Below are positions 37,845-47,008 of a stretch of DNA of 64,000 nucleotides, one piece after another. Below the pieces are notes generated by a model. That model saw only the letters and a program-made list of their open reading frames with translations. It was not told where the DNA came from and ran no database searches. Each line of letters starts with the position of its first letter. The first letter of the stretch is position 1. The stretch is from Candidatus Latescibacterota bacterium (GTDB lineage Bacteria; Latescibacterota; UBA2968; GCA-2709665). The stretch is taken from NCBI GenBank assembly GCA_965219455.1, contig OZ244744.1, positions 768,001-832,000 on the forward strand. Direction: 5' to 3'. The position numbers and the translations under genes were made by a program.

Positions 37845-40469
37845 AGGTTCCACTATTCTGGGTTTGATGTCACACGTCGGACATACCCGCCGAAGATGGT
37901 CCCGCCGCGCTTTCCAGACCTCTATTGCCGGGACGAAGATCGAGTCGGCCCGGCCAACTTTTCCACGACGCTGCTTGCCTCTGCGATCCAGGGCCCTGTT
38001 CAGTTTCCCGGGCGGCACCGGACACAGCGTTGATCTGAACGCCAGCCCCTTGACCAGGCGCACGCCGCCGTCGGGCATCACAACATGGTAGGGATTGCCA
38101 AACGGGTCGATGCAGCCGCAGGGCACCGATAGCTCGGCCACGTGGTATGCCGTTGTGGCATTGTGGTCGACCCCCAGCAACACGACGTACCCGTTCCCGT
38201 GAACGAGTTGACCGATGGGGCTGTCCGTCGTCCACAATCCCTTTTTGCCGTGGTCCCTGCAAAGGGCCTCGGCCCTGGGCCCCACGGCAGCCACCGCGTG
38301 TGTGGGATGGTCGCTTCTAACCGCATCCGGGCGCCGCCAGAACGCATCGGGAATCGCGCCGTTCGTCGTCGGCGTCGTCATCGGATTGTATACCTGTGCG
38401 GCCCGATGGTTAAACGACGGCATCATCAGTGTGCCCCGCTTTCCGATCACCGCCAGCAAAGCCTCGATCACGGTATCCGCGCCACCCACCACGTGTCCGA
38501 TCGATGACAGGGAACTATGCACCATCACGTCCATGCCCCGCGCCAGTCCCAGCGCCCTGAGGTCCGCCACCAGGCCCGCGCGCGTCACCTGCTCCGATTT
38601 CTGAATGAGCTCTACGTACCCCAGTTCAGCGTGGGCCTCGAAATAAGCGATCACCCGCTCCACCTTCACCGCGCTCCCGGTCTCGCACGCCACGGCCTGC
38701 GAAATCTCCTGGAGCGACCGATTGCCGTCCGCCCAGAACAGTGCCCAGGGCGAAAGCACTTTCCCGCCAATGCGCCTGGCGATCTCAGGCGGCGTGTTCT
38801 CCCCGATGGGCGACAGGAAACGGGTACGCCTCGGAATCCGGTCATCGCCCTCATAATGTCTGCGACGACGGCGCCTCTTGCCCTTCACCGCGGTCTCCGC
38901 GGCTTCCCGGACCTCGCGCTCGCAGTCCATGAATCGCCTCAGGACATCCGAACGGCTCCCTCCCCACATCCAGCGATGAAGCTTCTGCAGATTCACCCGA
39001 TGCTGCTCACGCTCATATTCCACCTGCGCAACGGACAGACTCCCCCGCCGCACCCGCTTAATCGTCCGCGCGGTCTCCGTTGCGGCCACGTCGACGATTT
39101 CCTTGGTGCCCGCATCCGCCAGCCAGTACAGATAGCCCGCCATTGCCGTTGCGCACGCCGCCAACCCCACCGTGCTCATCAGACTCGGCGTATCGGCGGA
39201 TGAATGATAAGCATCGAATCCCCGGCCCGATTTCCGGTGGTGAGTGGTGAGCCAGGGGCACGGGAATCCATACTTCGGATCGCCAATCAGCGTATCGGAC
39301 GTGGGTTGAAACGGCTCCATAAACAGACGATACCCAGGATTTCGCACGCGGAGCGTTTCGGACAGGATAGCCTCGCCCAAACGGTCCACAAAGCCGGCCG
39401 ACATCGGGATCGTCGCATGCCACTCGAGCCGGCCGCCGCATACCGAAGGCCTGCTTCCCACCGTATCGATAACGACACCCGCAAGGGGCGTTTGCAGGCG
39501 CTGCACGTCTTCCATGTATTTGAAGAACCCGTGACATTCGTAGGCGTTCATCAGACGGATCGTGCGTCGGGGCCGAGGCAGCGCGCCGCCCTCGATCAAC
39601 GCCTCCAGAATGCGTGCGATTTCCAGGCAAAGCGCCACGCCCGATGCATTGTCGATCGCGCCCGGCTCCGAGCTGTGCGCGAGCGCCCACACTTCATCCT
39701 GAGGGTCCTCCGCGCCCCGCACAATCCCGCTCACCAGATCGTGAGTACCCTGGTAGTGCCGAATATCCACTTCTGTCCGCACCGTAAGGGTGCCGTGCTT
39801 CAGGAGCAGCCGCCGCAACCGTTTTCCCTGGTTCTCAGATAGCACCAGGCCGACCATCAGAAATGCCGCGTCCTGAATCGGCACACCGCCCCACCCGAAT
39901 TTCGTCCACGCGGTCGCGTTGGGCAGATTCGGCACCGGGTTATCGGTAACCACCCCGGCCGCGCCGGCTTCCGCGAAGGATCGCAACGCGCCGCGCGGAT
40001 CCATTCGCGTCAGCACCACCTTCCCGGCCAACCCGTCCCGTGGAATTCGACCCAGGGCCTCCTTTGAATCCACGACTGCCAGTTCGTTGTCCATTCCGCC
40101 GGGCGGCGTGGCATCGCTCCATTGAATCACGTGCCAGGGGTTCTCCTTGTAGTCCAGAATTCGCGTCTTGACCGGACGAATCACGTCCATTGTCGCAGAA
40201 CGCACATCCGCGGCCTTATGAATGATCCATCGCCCCGAGCCGATGGAACCTCCCGTCCGCATGGTGTGGACTTCCGCCTTCGCGCCAGACTCCTCGTAAC
40301 GGCGGACCAGAAACTCCGTGGTCTCCGAAAAACGATCGAATGAGTTCCACCGGTCAGTTGCCACAACGGCACGCACATCCTCCAGAACCCGTCTACCGTC
40401 AGTTTTTCCGTGCAAAAGGGGCAACACCGTTTTACAAAAGTCAGCGACCGAACCAGGCGCACCGTACAT
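37842..40469 (-). CDS. Fusion: M28/DUF4910-like metallopeptidase (PA domain, winged HTH) plus AAC(3)-family N-acetyltransferase
   Basis: AHSSEPGAIDNASG, AYE, IDTVG, YHSSADT and WADG.RSL..I, then VMVHSSLS.IG.V.GG, GTL.MP.F, RS.HPTH, LLGV..TAYHVAE from about 38588. Confidence 0.85.
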   Translation of the reverse strand: MYGAPGSVADFCKTVLPLLHGKTDGRRVLEDVRAVVATDRWNSFDRFSETTEFLVRRYEESGAKAEVHTMRTGGSIGSGRWIIHKAADVRSATMDVIRPVKTRILDYKENPWHVIQWSDATPPGGMDNELAVVDSKEALGRIPRDGLAGKVVLTRMDPRGALRSFAEAGAAGVVTDNPVPNLPNATAWTKFGWGGVPIQDAAFLMVGLVLSENQGKRLRRLLLKHGTLTVRTEVDIRHYQGTHDLVSGIVRGAEDPQDEVWALAHSSEPGAIDNASGVALCLEIARILEALIEGGALPRPRRTIRLMNAYECHGFFKYMEDVQRLQTPLAGVVIDTVGSRPSVCGGRLEWHATIPMSAGFVDRLGEAILSETLRVRNPGYRLFMEPFQPTSDTLIGDPKYGFPCPWLTTHHRKSGRGFDAYHSSADTPSLMSTVGLAACATAMAGYLYWLADAGTKEIVDVAATETARTIKRVRRGSLSVAQVEYEREQHRVNLQKLHRWMWGGSRSDVLRRFMDCEREVREAAETAVKGKRRRRRRHYEGDDRIPRRTRFLSPIGENTPPEIARRIGGKVLSPWALFWADGNRSLQEISQAVACETGSAVKVERVIAYFEAHAELGYVELIQKSEQVTRAGLVADLRALGLARGMDVMVHSSLSSIGHVVGGADTVIEALLAVIGKRGTLMMPSFNHRAAQVYNPMTTPTTNGAIPDAFWRRPDAVRSDHPTHAVAAVGPRAEALCRDHGKKGLWTTDSPIGQLVHGNGYVVLLGVDHNATTAYHVAELSVPCGCIDPFGNPYHVVMPDGGVRLVKGLAFRSTLCPVPPGKLNRALDRRGKQRRGKVGRADSIFVPAIEVWKARRDHLRRVCPTCDIKPRIVEP

Positions 40470-40514
40470 TCTGATTCTCCATCGTAAGATTGGAATCTGT
40501 GGACGTTTCAACCA

Positions 40515-41570
40515 TTACGTCATGGTACCGTTTTCCGACACGGGCACGCCCAGTTCTTCGGCCACGGAACGAATTTCCGACCAAGTCGCCTCCTCCACGA
40601 ACACCCCCTCCGCCTCCCGCTTCCTGCGGGTCTCCGTCTCGATCTCTCCCGGTACATAGATCTGGTCCACACCCGGCATCGTCGGCGACGACCTCACCCA
40701 ATCGATGAGGTCCCGCACCTCCGACTTGAAGTCGTCCACGTCGGCGAAACTCTCGATCTTTATTGCCAATGCCAAGAATCCGCTCCCGCCGCGCGTGGGC
40801 GTCTCCGTACTGCACCCGGCCCAGGAAAGGCCGCCCGCGATGGCGTCGATCATCATCGCCAGGCCGTATCCCTTGTGGCCGGCGGGTCCGCCGAGCGGCA
40901 ACATGGCCGCGTCTCCGGCGTAGAAGACCTCCGGATCGGTCACCGGGTTTCCGTGTCGGTCCACCAGCCAGCCTTCCGGCACGGACTGCTTCCGCACGCG
41001 GCAGATGTCGATCTTGCCGCCGGCCACGACGCTTGTCGTTATATCCAGCGTCATCGGCGGCCCGTCTGCCGTGGGGACGCCAATCGCAATCGGATTGGGC
41101 GGCAGCCGCCGGCCGGTACCTCCGAACGGCGCCGCGAACCGTCCGCCTCCGTTCAACATTAATATGCCGATACAGTCTTGCTCTGCCGCGATAGCGGGGA
41201 AATCGCCGAGACGGCCGATATGGCCGGACCGATGGACCGCAACCGCCCCGATCGTGTGTTGAAGGGCGCGGTCCACCGCCATACGCATGGCCAGATTGGC
41301 CACCACGATGCCGATCCCCCCGTCGGCGTCAATGGTCATCGAAACAGGCGTCTCCCGAACCACCTTGTGGCCTCCGGCGGGCTTGATTCCACCCGCCTTC
41401 ACCCCGCGCGCGTAGCCCGGCATCCGGATGATCCCGTGGGAGTCGTGCCCCACCAGATTCGCATCTACAAGATGATCCGTAACGATCCGCGCCTGATTTT
41501 CGGGCAGCCCGGCGGCCTCGAAGATCGCATATGCGCACTGTCTGAGGTTCAGATGTGACAAGATCGGCAT
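40515..41570 (-). CDS. Ldh_2 family oxidoreductase (malate/L-lactate/sulfolactate dehydrogenase-like)
   Basis: ANL.GHDSHG, HIGRLG, PNPIA, LPLGG..GHKGYGL, YVPGE.E. Confidence 0.93.
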   Translation of the reverse strand: MPILSHLNLRQCAYAIFEAAGLPENQARIVTDHLVDANLVGHDSHGIIRMPGYARGVKAGGIKPAGGHKVVRETPVSMTIDADGGIGIVVANLAMRMAVDRALQHTIGAVAVHRSGHIGRLGDFPAIAAEQDCIGILMLNGGGRFAAPFGGTGRRLPPNPIAIGVPTADGPPMTLDITTSVVAGGKIDICRVRKQSVPEGWLVDRHGNPVTDPEVFYAGDAAMLPLGGPAGHKGYGLAMMIDAIAGGLSWAGCSTETPTRGGSGFLALAIKIESFADVDDFKSEVRDLIDWVRSSPTMPGVDQIYVPGEIETETRRKREAEGVFVEEATWSEIRSVAEELGVPVSENGTMT

Positions 41571-41603
41571 TGACTCTCTCCGAAAGATGTGGTTTGCATC
41601 CGT

Positions 41604-43574
41604 TTAATGGATGTACCGCTCACGCAAGAACCGTGTAATCTCGGAGACGGTCATCTCCGTGCCACGAATAGCATCGTGGACGCGAAATTGCCACGGCTCC
41701 GGGCCCAGCGCCGCCCGCCATTTCCGGATCGCGGCCACGTTGGCCCCGCCGGCCCTCTCAAGCGAGTCCAGCGCCGCATCAAGCTGTGCCTGTACGTCGG
41801 GGTCGGCCAGTTCGCGTGTCGCCACCTGCTCCGCAACGTGATAGATGCAGCGGGCGAGTTCCACGTAGGTCATGACGACGCGAGTCTCATTGACACAATC
41901 CGGGCGCTCGAATTCAGAAGCAATCTCCATTGCCCGGCGGCACGTGTCCACTTTTTCCTCAAAAGCCTCTGCACGTTCATAGTACCGGAACATGCCCTCG
42001 CCGAGATACGGTCGCTGTTTCCGCCGAATCATCTCGACCGCCTTTCCCCAGGAATAACAGATCGGAAAATCCGAGTCGTAGACATCAAACGCCACGGGCC
42101 CTATCCGTTCCGACCATTCCCCGAATGCCTCGGCATCGGCATCGCCTTCCCTCGTGGCCCACGCGATGGCGAACTCCTTCACACTCCGTCCGTTCAAATT
42201 CCACGAATACTCCGCCAGGGCCGCGACATTGAACCCGCACGTCTCCTTGCCCAAGGGCACCCACGCCATCATTCCGTAGGCCCCGCTGTATTGCCGCCGT
42301 ACAAGCTGGCCCACATAGTCCCGGATCCGATGCGGGGACGACTGCGGTAACTTGAACTCGGGGGTTTCCACACGTCCGTTCGCGGTGATCGGCACGTCGT
42401 AGCTGGCGATCCATCGACCCTGCGAAGCATGGTAATCCAGCAGGGGGTTGGCCGTCAGGTCTCTGGGCAGGTTCATCACGCGCTCCATTTCGGTGGCGCA
42501 GGCGCGCTCGATTTTGACTTCCGGCGGCAACTCCGCTACAACACGGTAATCCCGCTCCGAGGTCGTGGTGGACAGAAACACGCGAATGTTGAAACCGGGA
42601 TACCGCGGGCGAATGCGCCTCCAGGCTTTGACAAACGCCCTGGATTCAAGCACAAACTGCCCGTGGGCCGTGCAATCGTCACATTCACACTGCGCGGGCC
42701 GCTCGCTCAGCCAGCAGCCCACCTCGGGTGCGCCCTGGGAGGCGATATCCGCCATCCACTCTGCCAGTATATCCACCAGCCGGGGATTGGACGCGCACGG
42801 CGCCCGATGCTGATTGCCCTCCTTGTGGGCGAAATATCGCCCTGCCAGCGCGCCGTCGCCCTTGCCCGCCAACTCTGGATAGGCGCGATACAGGCCGCGG
42901 TCGTGCAGAAAATTCAAATGGGTGATAAGCGGCACATAGTGAAATCCGAGCAGGCGCGCCTCTTCCATAAGCGCCGAATCGATACGGGCGCTGTTCGGTT
43001 TCCCCCGCACCACCGTCGACAGTTCCGTGGAGTCCATTTTTCCATAGTTCAATTTCATCGACGCCATCCACGGAATCCATTCCTCCGGCGGTGGAAAGTT
43101 CCACATGCCGCGTTCGTCCATATCCGGCCAATCGGTCACTGAAACGAGCGGAATGCGGATGTTGTCGGGCGCCCGCATCGGCTCCAGGAGTTGGCGAAGT
43201 GTCTGGGCCGCATACGAGATTCCGGGTTCAGACAACGCGGCCAGCACCAGGCGTTGCTGTCCCTCCGGCCTGATCGTATATGCCTGACCGCAATTCGGCA
43301 ACCCCTGCAACCGCTCCGCATCCGGCCCGCTATCCACCACCCCGATCGCGATCTCAAACGCGCCGCCGACGGGTTTTCCGCCCGCCGCGGTGGCGCACAG
43401 GCGTTCCAACATAGCTGCCGCATGTTTCTCGATCGCGCCCGCTCCGGGCCTCGCCACAACCGAAACCTCTTCGGGCCGGCATTCAACGTCACCCTCAAAA
43501 GTGATCTCGTGCGGAAGTGGCAACAGATACCGCTTCCATTGCTCGTAGCGTCTTTCCATCGCTTGTTCATCCAT
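41604..43574 (-). CDS. Protein with N-terminal GH20 zincin-like domain and uncharacterised TIM-barrel-like region
   Basis: LLPLP.E, AY.I, G..YAAQTLRQL, VTDWP...RG and a CECDDC motif. Confidence 0.75.
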   Translation of the reverse strand: MDEQAMERRYEQWKRYLLPLPHEITFEGDVECRPEEVSVVARPGAGAIEKHAAAMLERLCATAAGGKPVGGAFEIAIGVVDSGPDAERLQGLPNCGQAYTIRPEGQQRLVLAALSEPGISYAAQTLRQLLEPMRAPDNIRIPLVSVTDWPDMDERGMWNFPPPEEWIPWMASMKLNYGKMDSTELSTVVRGKPNSARIDSALMEEARLLGFHYVPLITHLNFLHDRGLYRAYPELAGKGDGALAGRYFAHKEGNQHRAPCASNPRLVDILAEWMADIASQGAPEVGCWLSERPAQCECDDCTAHGQFVLESRAFVKAWRRIRPRYPGFNIRVFLSTTTSERDYRVVAELPPEVKIERACATEMERVMNLPRDLTANPLLDYHASQGRWIASYDVPITANGRVETPEFKLPQSSPHRIRDYVGQLVRRQYSGAYGMMAWVPLGKETCGFNVAALAEYSWNLNGRSVKEFAIAWATREGDADAEAFGEWSERIGPVAFDVYDSDFPICYSWGKAVEMIRRKQRPYLGEGMFRYYERAEAFEEKVDTCRRAMEIASEFERPDCVNETRVVMTYVELARCIYHVAEQVATRELADPDVQAQLDAALDSLERAGGANVAAIRKWRAALGPEPWQFRVHDAIRGTEMTVSEITRFLRERYIH

Positions 43575-43717
43575 CGGCTTGTGTTTCCTGGCACTGAACT
43601 CAAATAGGTTGGCAGTATCGTCAAAAGGCCGGTATATGATTGCTACGGTGCACGGTAAAGTCAAGCCATAACGGCAGTCCGTACCGACGTCTGCCCGAAC
43701 CGATTCCAGGAAAACTA

Positions 43718-43746
43718 TTGACAGCCGGCAACCCGTTGGTTAACAT
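43718..43746 (+). promoter_or_regulatory. Putative sigma70 promoter for dut-ispH
   Basis: TTGACA-N17-TAACAT. Confidence 0.6.
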
Positions 43747-43785
43747 TATTTCATTGAGAAACCTGCCCCGAAAGGAAACGCGACG

Positions 43786-44232
43786 CTGGGCGAGCCCGTA
43801 AAGAAAATCCGAATTAAGAGAGTGGACGCTTCGCTCCCACTACCGCGCCATCAGACACCGGGCTCGGTCGGATTCGATCTGCTCTGCCGGAAGGGCGTTC
43901 TCGTTCCGCCGGGTGAAATTCGCCTTGTTCCAGCCAATCTCATCGTTGCAGTGCCCCCCGGGTATATGCTCCTGCTCGCCGCCCGCAGCAGCCTGCCGTA
44001 CAAAAAAGGCCTGATGGTACCGAATGGCGTCGGCATTGTCGATCAGGATTACCGGGGTCCCAACGATGAGATTCACATCCAGGTCTACAACTTTACGGAC
44101 CGTCCGGTGAGTGTCCGGCGCCGTGAGCGGCTCGCACAGGGCATCTTCGTCCGCATCGCCCAGGCCGAATGGGAGGAACCGGAACGCCTCGACGCACCAG
44201 ACCGGGGCGGATTCGGCAGCACCGGCATATAG
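43786..44232 (+). CDS. dut: dUTP diphosphatase (possible CTG start at 43786; alternative GTG at 43822)
   Basis: GFDL, ARSS, GIVDQDYRG, RLAQ, RGGFGSTG motifs. Confidence 0.95.
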   Translation: MGEPVKKIRIKRVDASLPLPRHQTPGSVGFDLLCRKGVLVPPGEIRLVPANLIVAVPPGYMLLLAARSSLPYKKGLMVPNGVGIVDQDYRGPNDEIHIQVYNFTDRPVSVRRRERLAQGIFVRIAQAEWEEPERLDAPDRGGFGSTGI

Positions 44233-44301
44233 CGTACCCTCGGGCGGGCGCCCGGGTTCTTTCAATCCCGTTTGTCAGTAATCACCGACACGAGTCGAAC
44301 C

Positions 44302-45525
44302 ATGGCACGCCAATTCAACATTCCTGACTTCTACAAGAGTCCCGTTATCTCACGTGTGAAGGCGTTCAGGCAGATGCAGGACACGCGCAAGCGGGATCTT
44401 TCGCCTTCAGTGCTCGACTTCGGTCCGGTTCGATTTCTGCTGGCCCGGCATTTCGGGTTCTGTTTCGGCGTAGAAAACGCCATCGAAATCGCTTACAGGA
44501 CTCTGGAGGAACACCCGGATCGACGCATCTTTTTCCTCAACGAAATGATCCACAACCCGAACGTCAACAACGACCTCCAAGACAGGGGCGTACAGTTCAT
44601 ATTCGACCCGTACGGAATGCAACTCATTCCATGGGATCACCTTGAACCGGAAGATATCGTCGTGGTACCCGCTTTCGGTACCACTCTGGAAATTCAAGAA
44701 GCCCTGGCCTCCCGTGGCATTGACGCCTACACGTACAACACGACCTGCCCCTTTGTGGAGCGGGTCTGGAACCGGAGCGCCAAACTGGGTGATTCGGGAT
44801 TCTCCGTGGTCGTACATGGAAACGACACCCACCAGGAAACCCGCGCCACCTTCTCCCACAGCATCCGAAACGCGCCCACGGTTGTGGTAATGGACCTGAA
44901 CGAGGCGTACATTCTTGCCGACGTCATCCGGGGCACGGCAGACCGAGATATATTTTTAGAACGCTTTGGACACAAGTGCTCGGAAGGCTTTGACCCGGAC
45001 CGCCACCTTCAACGCATCGGAATCGTCAATCAGACAACCATGCTGGCCACCGAAACACGGCATATCGCGAAAGTCTTGCGCGAAACCCTGGCGGACCGTT
45101 ATGGAGAGGCCAACATACAGAAACACTACGCCGACACCTCGGACACCCTCTGCTACGCAACCAATGAAAACCAGAACGCGACGTATGTCCTCGTCGAGCA
45201 GGACGCGGACGTGGCGCTCGTCGTGGGCGGTTACAACTCCTCCAACACGTCCCACATCGTGGAACTCTGCCGCGAACAGATGCCTACCTACTTTATCAAA
45301 GACGCGGATGAGATCCGCTCGGAATCCGTTATCCGGCATTTCGATCCGGCAACAAAAAAAGCCGCCGTTGCAACGGACTGGCTGCCGGACAATCGTCCCC
45401 TTACCGTGGCGTTGACGTCCGGCGCCTCGTGCCCCGACGCCATTGTAGATGCAGTGCTGTTGCGCGTCCTCTCCTTTTTCGACCCCTCGCGATCCCTCGA
45501 CGAAGTCCTCGCCTGCTACGCGTGA
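44302..45525 (+). CDS. ispH: 4-hydroxy-3-methylbut-2-enyl diphosphate reductase
   Basis: GFCFGV, IHNP, TTCPFV, NQTT, TLCYAT, VGGYNSSNT, TSGASCP. Confidence 0.96.
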   Translation: MARQFNIPDFYKSPVISRVKAFRQMQDTRKRDLSPSVLDFGPVRFLLARHFGFCFGVENAIEIAYRTLEEHPDRRIFFLNEMIHNPNVNNDLQDRGVQFIFDPYGMQLIPWDHLEPEDIVVVPAFGTTLEIQEALASRGIDAYTYNTTCPFVERVWNRSAKLGDSGFSVVVHGNDTHQETRATFSHSIRNAPTVVVMDLNEAYILADVIRGTADRDIFLERFGHKCSEGFDPDRHLQRIGIVNQTTMLATETRHIAKVLRETLADRYGEANIQKHYADTSDTLCYATNENQNATYVLVEQDADVALVVGGYNSSNTSHIVELCREQMPTYFIKDADEIRSESVIRHFDPATKKAAVATDWLPDNRPLTVALTSGASCPDAIVDAVLLRVLSFFDPSRSLDEVLACYA

Positions 45526-45546
45526 ACGGCCCGTTCAGTAAGCGGT

Positions 45547-46779
45547 TCAAATGGACGTCAACGGCCCGAGTGCGACCACCGCCGGTTCACCATCAAGAGG
45601 AAACCGCTCCAGATATTCGGCGATGCGTTCCGGCGTCACGGCGTCGATCTCGGCCAACTCTTCTTCCAGCGTTTTCAGCGGCGTACCGGTACTCAAACTT
45701 CCCACAATCTGCGAAAACCGCCGGAGCCCGTGCTCACCGCCGGTCACCAGGGCCGTCGCCTGCTTCGTCTTCGACCGGGCAAGGGCTTCTCCGTCCACTC
45801 CCCGCTTCAGTTCGTCCACTTCCTGCCGGACAATCTCCAGCACTCGCGAAACGTTTTTCGGATCAACAGAGACATATATGTAAAACAGTCCGGTATCGCT
45901 GAATCCGCAAAAATCCGCGGACGCCTCGTCAGCCAGCCCCTTCTGAATAACCGACCAGAACAGACGGCTATTACTGGCCGCGCCCAGATAGTGGGCCAGC
46001 AGATCGGAGGTCGTCGCCCATTCATCCGAATCGGGTGGCGCGGGATACGCCAGGGCGATATGCTCCCGGATCACGTTCGGGCGCTCCAGCACCCGTTTGG
46101 CTGGCCGAAATCCCGGTTCCATCTGCTCTCGAACCGCCTCGTGCGACTGCCACCCTCCACAATGAGTTTCAGCCGCACGAATCATTTCATCGCGATCGAA
46201 CCTGCCGGTAATCACAAACGTCATGTTGTCGGGCGCGTATCGCTTTTGGAAGTAATCCGCCATCTGCCCCCGGGAAATTGACCCGACCGTGTCCTCGGTG
46301 CCCAGTACGCTCTGCCCCAGCGGATGCCCCGCGAACGCTTCCTGTATCAGTTCGTCGATGATCAGCGCATCCGGCCGGTCACGATACATGGCGATCTCTT
46401 CCAGGATTACTTTTTTCTCCATATCGAACTGGTCTTCGGGAAGCGTCGACCGCATCATATCGGCCAGAATTTCCGCCGAATCCACGGCCCTTTCGCTCTG
46501 CACCCAGTGAAAATAGGCCGTGCCCTCCCACCAGGTATACGCATTCCACATCGCGCCCAGATCGTCGACGTCGAGGCTCAACTGTCGCCAATCCCGGTTG
46601 GCAGTGCCCTTGAAACACATATGCTCCAGAAAATGCGACACCCCGGCCAGTTCCGCCGGCTCGTCGCGCGAACCGGTATGCACGTAGAATCCCAATGCCG
46701 CCGAGTTAATCCTTGGAATCGACTCAAATACCAGTTGAAGGCCGTTATCGAGCATGTGGGTAGAAAACGGTGAGTGCAT
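45547..46779 (-). CDS. M16 family peptidase (pitrilysin-like), catalytic subunit
   Basis: HFLEH (HxxEH), NAYT, EK.VILEEI, SRLF. Confidence 0.93.
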   Translation of the reverse strand: MHSPFSTHMLDNGLQLVFESIPRINSAALGFYVHTGSRDEPAELAGVSHFLEHMCFKGTANRDWRQLSLDVDDLGAMWNAYTWWEGTAYFHWVQSERAVDSAEILADMMRSTLPEDQFDMEKKVILEEIAMYRDRPDALIIDELIQEAFAGHPLGQSVLGTEDTVGSISRGQMADYFQKRYAPDNMTFVITGRFDRDEMIRAAETHCGGWQSHEAVREQMEPGFRPAKRVLERPNVIREHIALAYPAPPDSDEWATTSDLLAHYLGAASNSRLFWSVIQKGLADEASADFCGFSDTGLFYIYVSVDPKNVSRVLEIVRQEVDELKRGVDGEALARSKTKQATALVTGGEHGLRRFSQIVGSLSTGTPLKTLEEELAEIDAVTPERIAEYLERFPLDGEPAVVALGPLTSI

Positions 46780-46807
46780 GGAAATCTCCTGGGAATGCCC
46801 GCCGGTT

Positions 46808-47008
46808 CTAGTGTTCTGTCCCGGAAATAGTTTGCCTGAATTCGGCCGTCGAGTCGCCCGGCTCGCAAGGCGCCTGAGCGAGGCGACCTGCGCAAGGTCG
46901 GCGAGCGAGAGGAACGCAGCGAGACGGGATGAATCGGCCTGCCTGTGCGGAAGCCCTGCACGCAGACAGGCGGAAGAATGGTGAGATATTTCTGGGACGG
47001 GACATTAG
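46808..47008. mobile_element. MITE-like non-autonomous element (~200 bp) between the two M16 genes
   Basis: Terminal inverted repeats CTAGTGTTCTGTCCCGGAAATA / CTAATGTCCCGTCCCAGAAATA (18/22 identical) with internal nested stems. Supplies the TAA stop of the upstream gene. Confidence 0.75.

Noticed and set aside
37842-38588. Aminoglycoside resistance gene aac(3)
   Set aside because: It is a fused domain in a metabolic context with no integron or transposase; the family includes many non-resistance enzymes.
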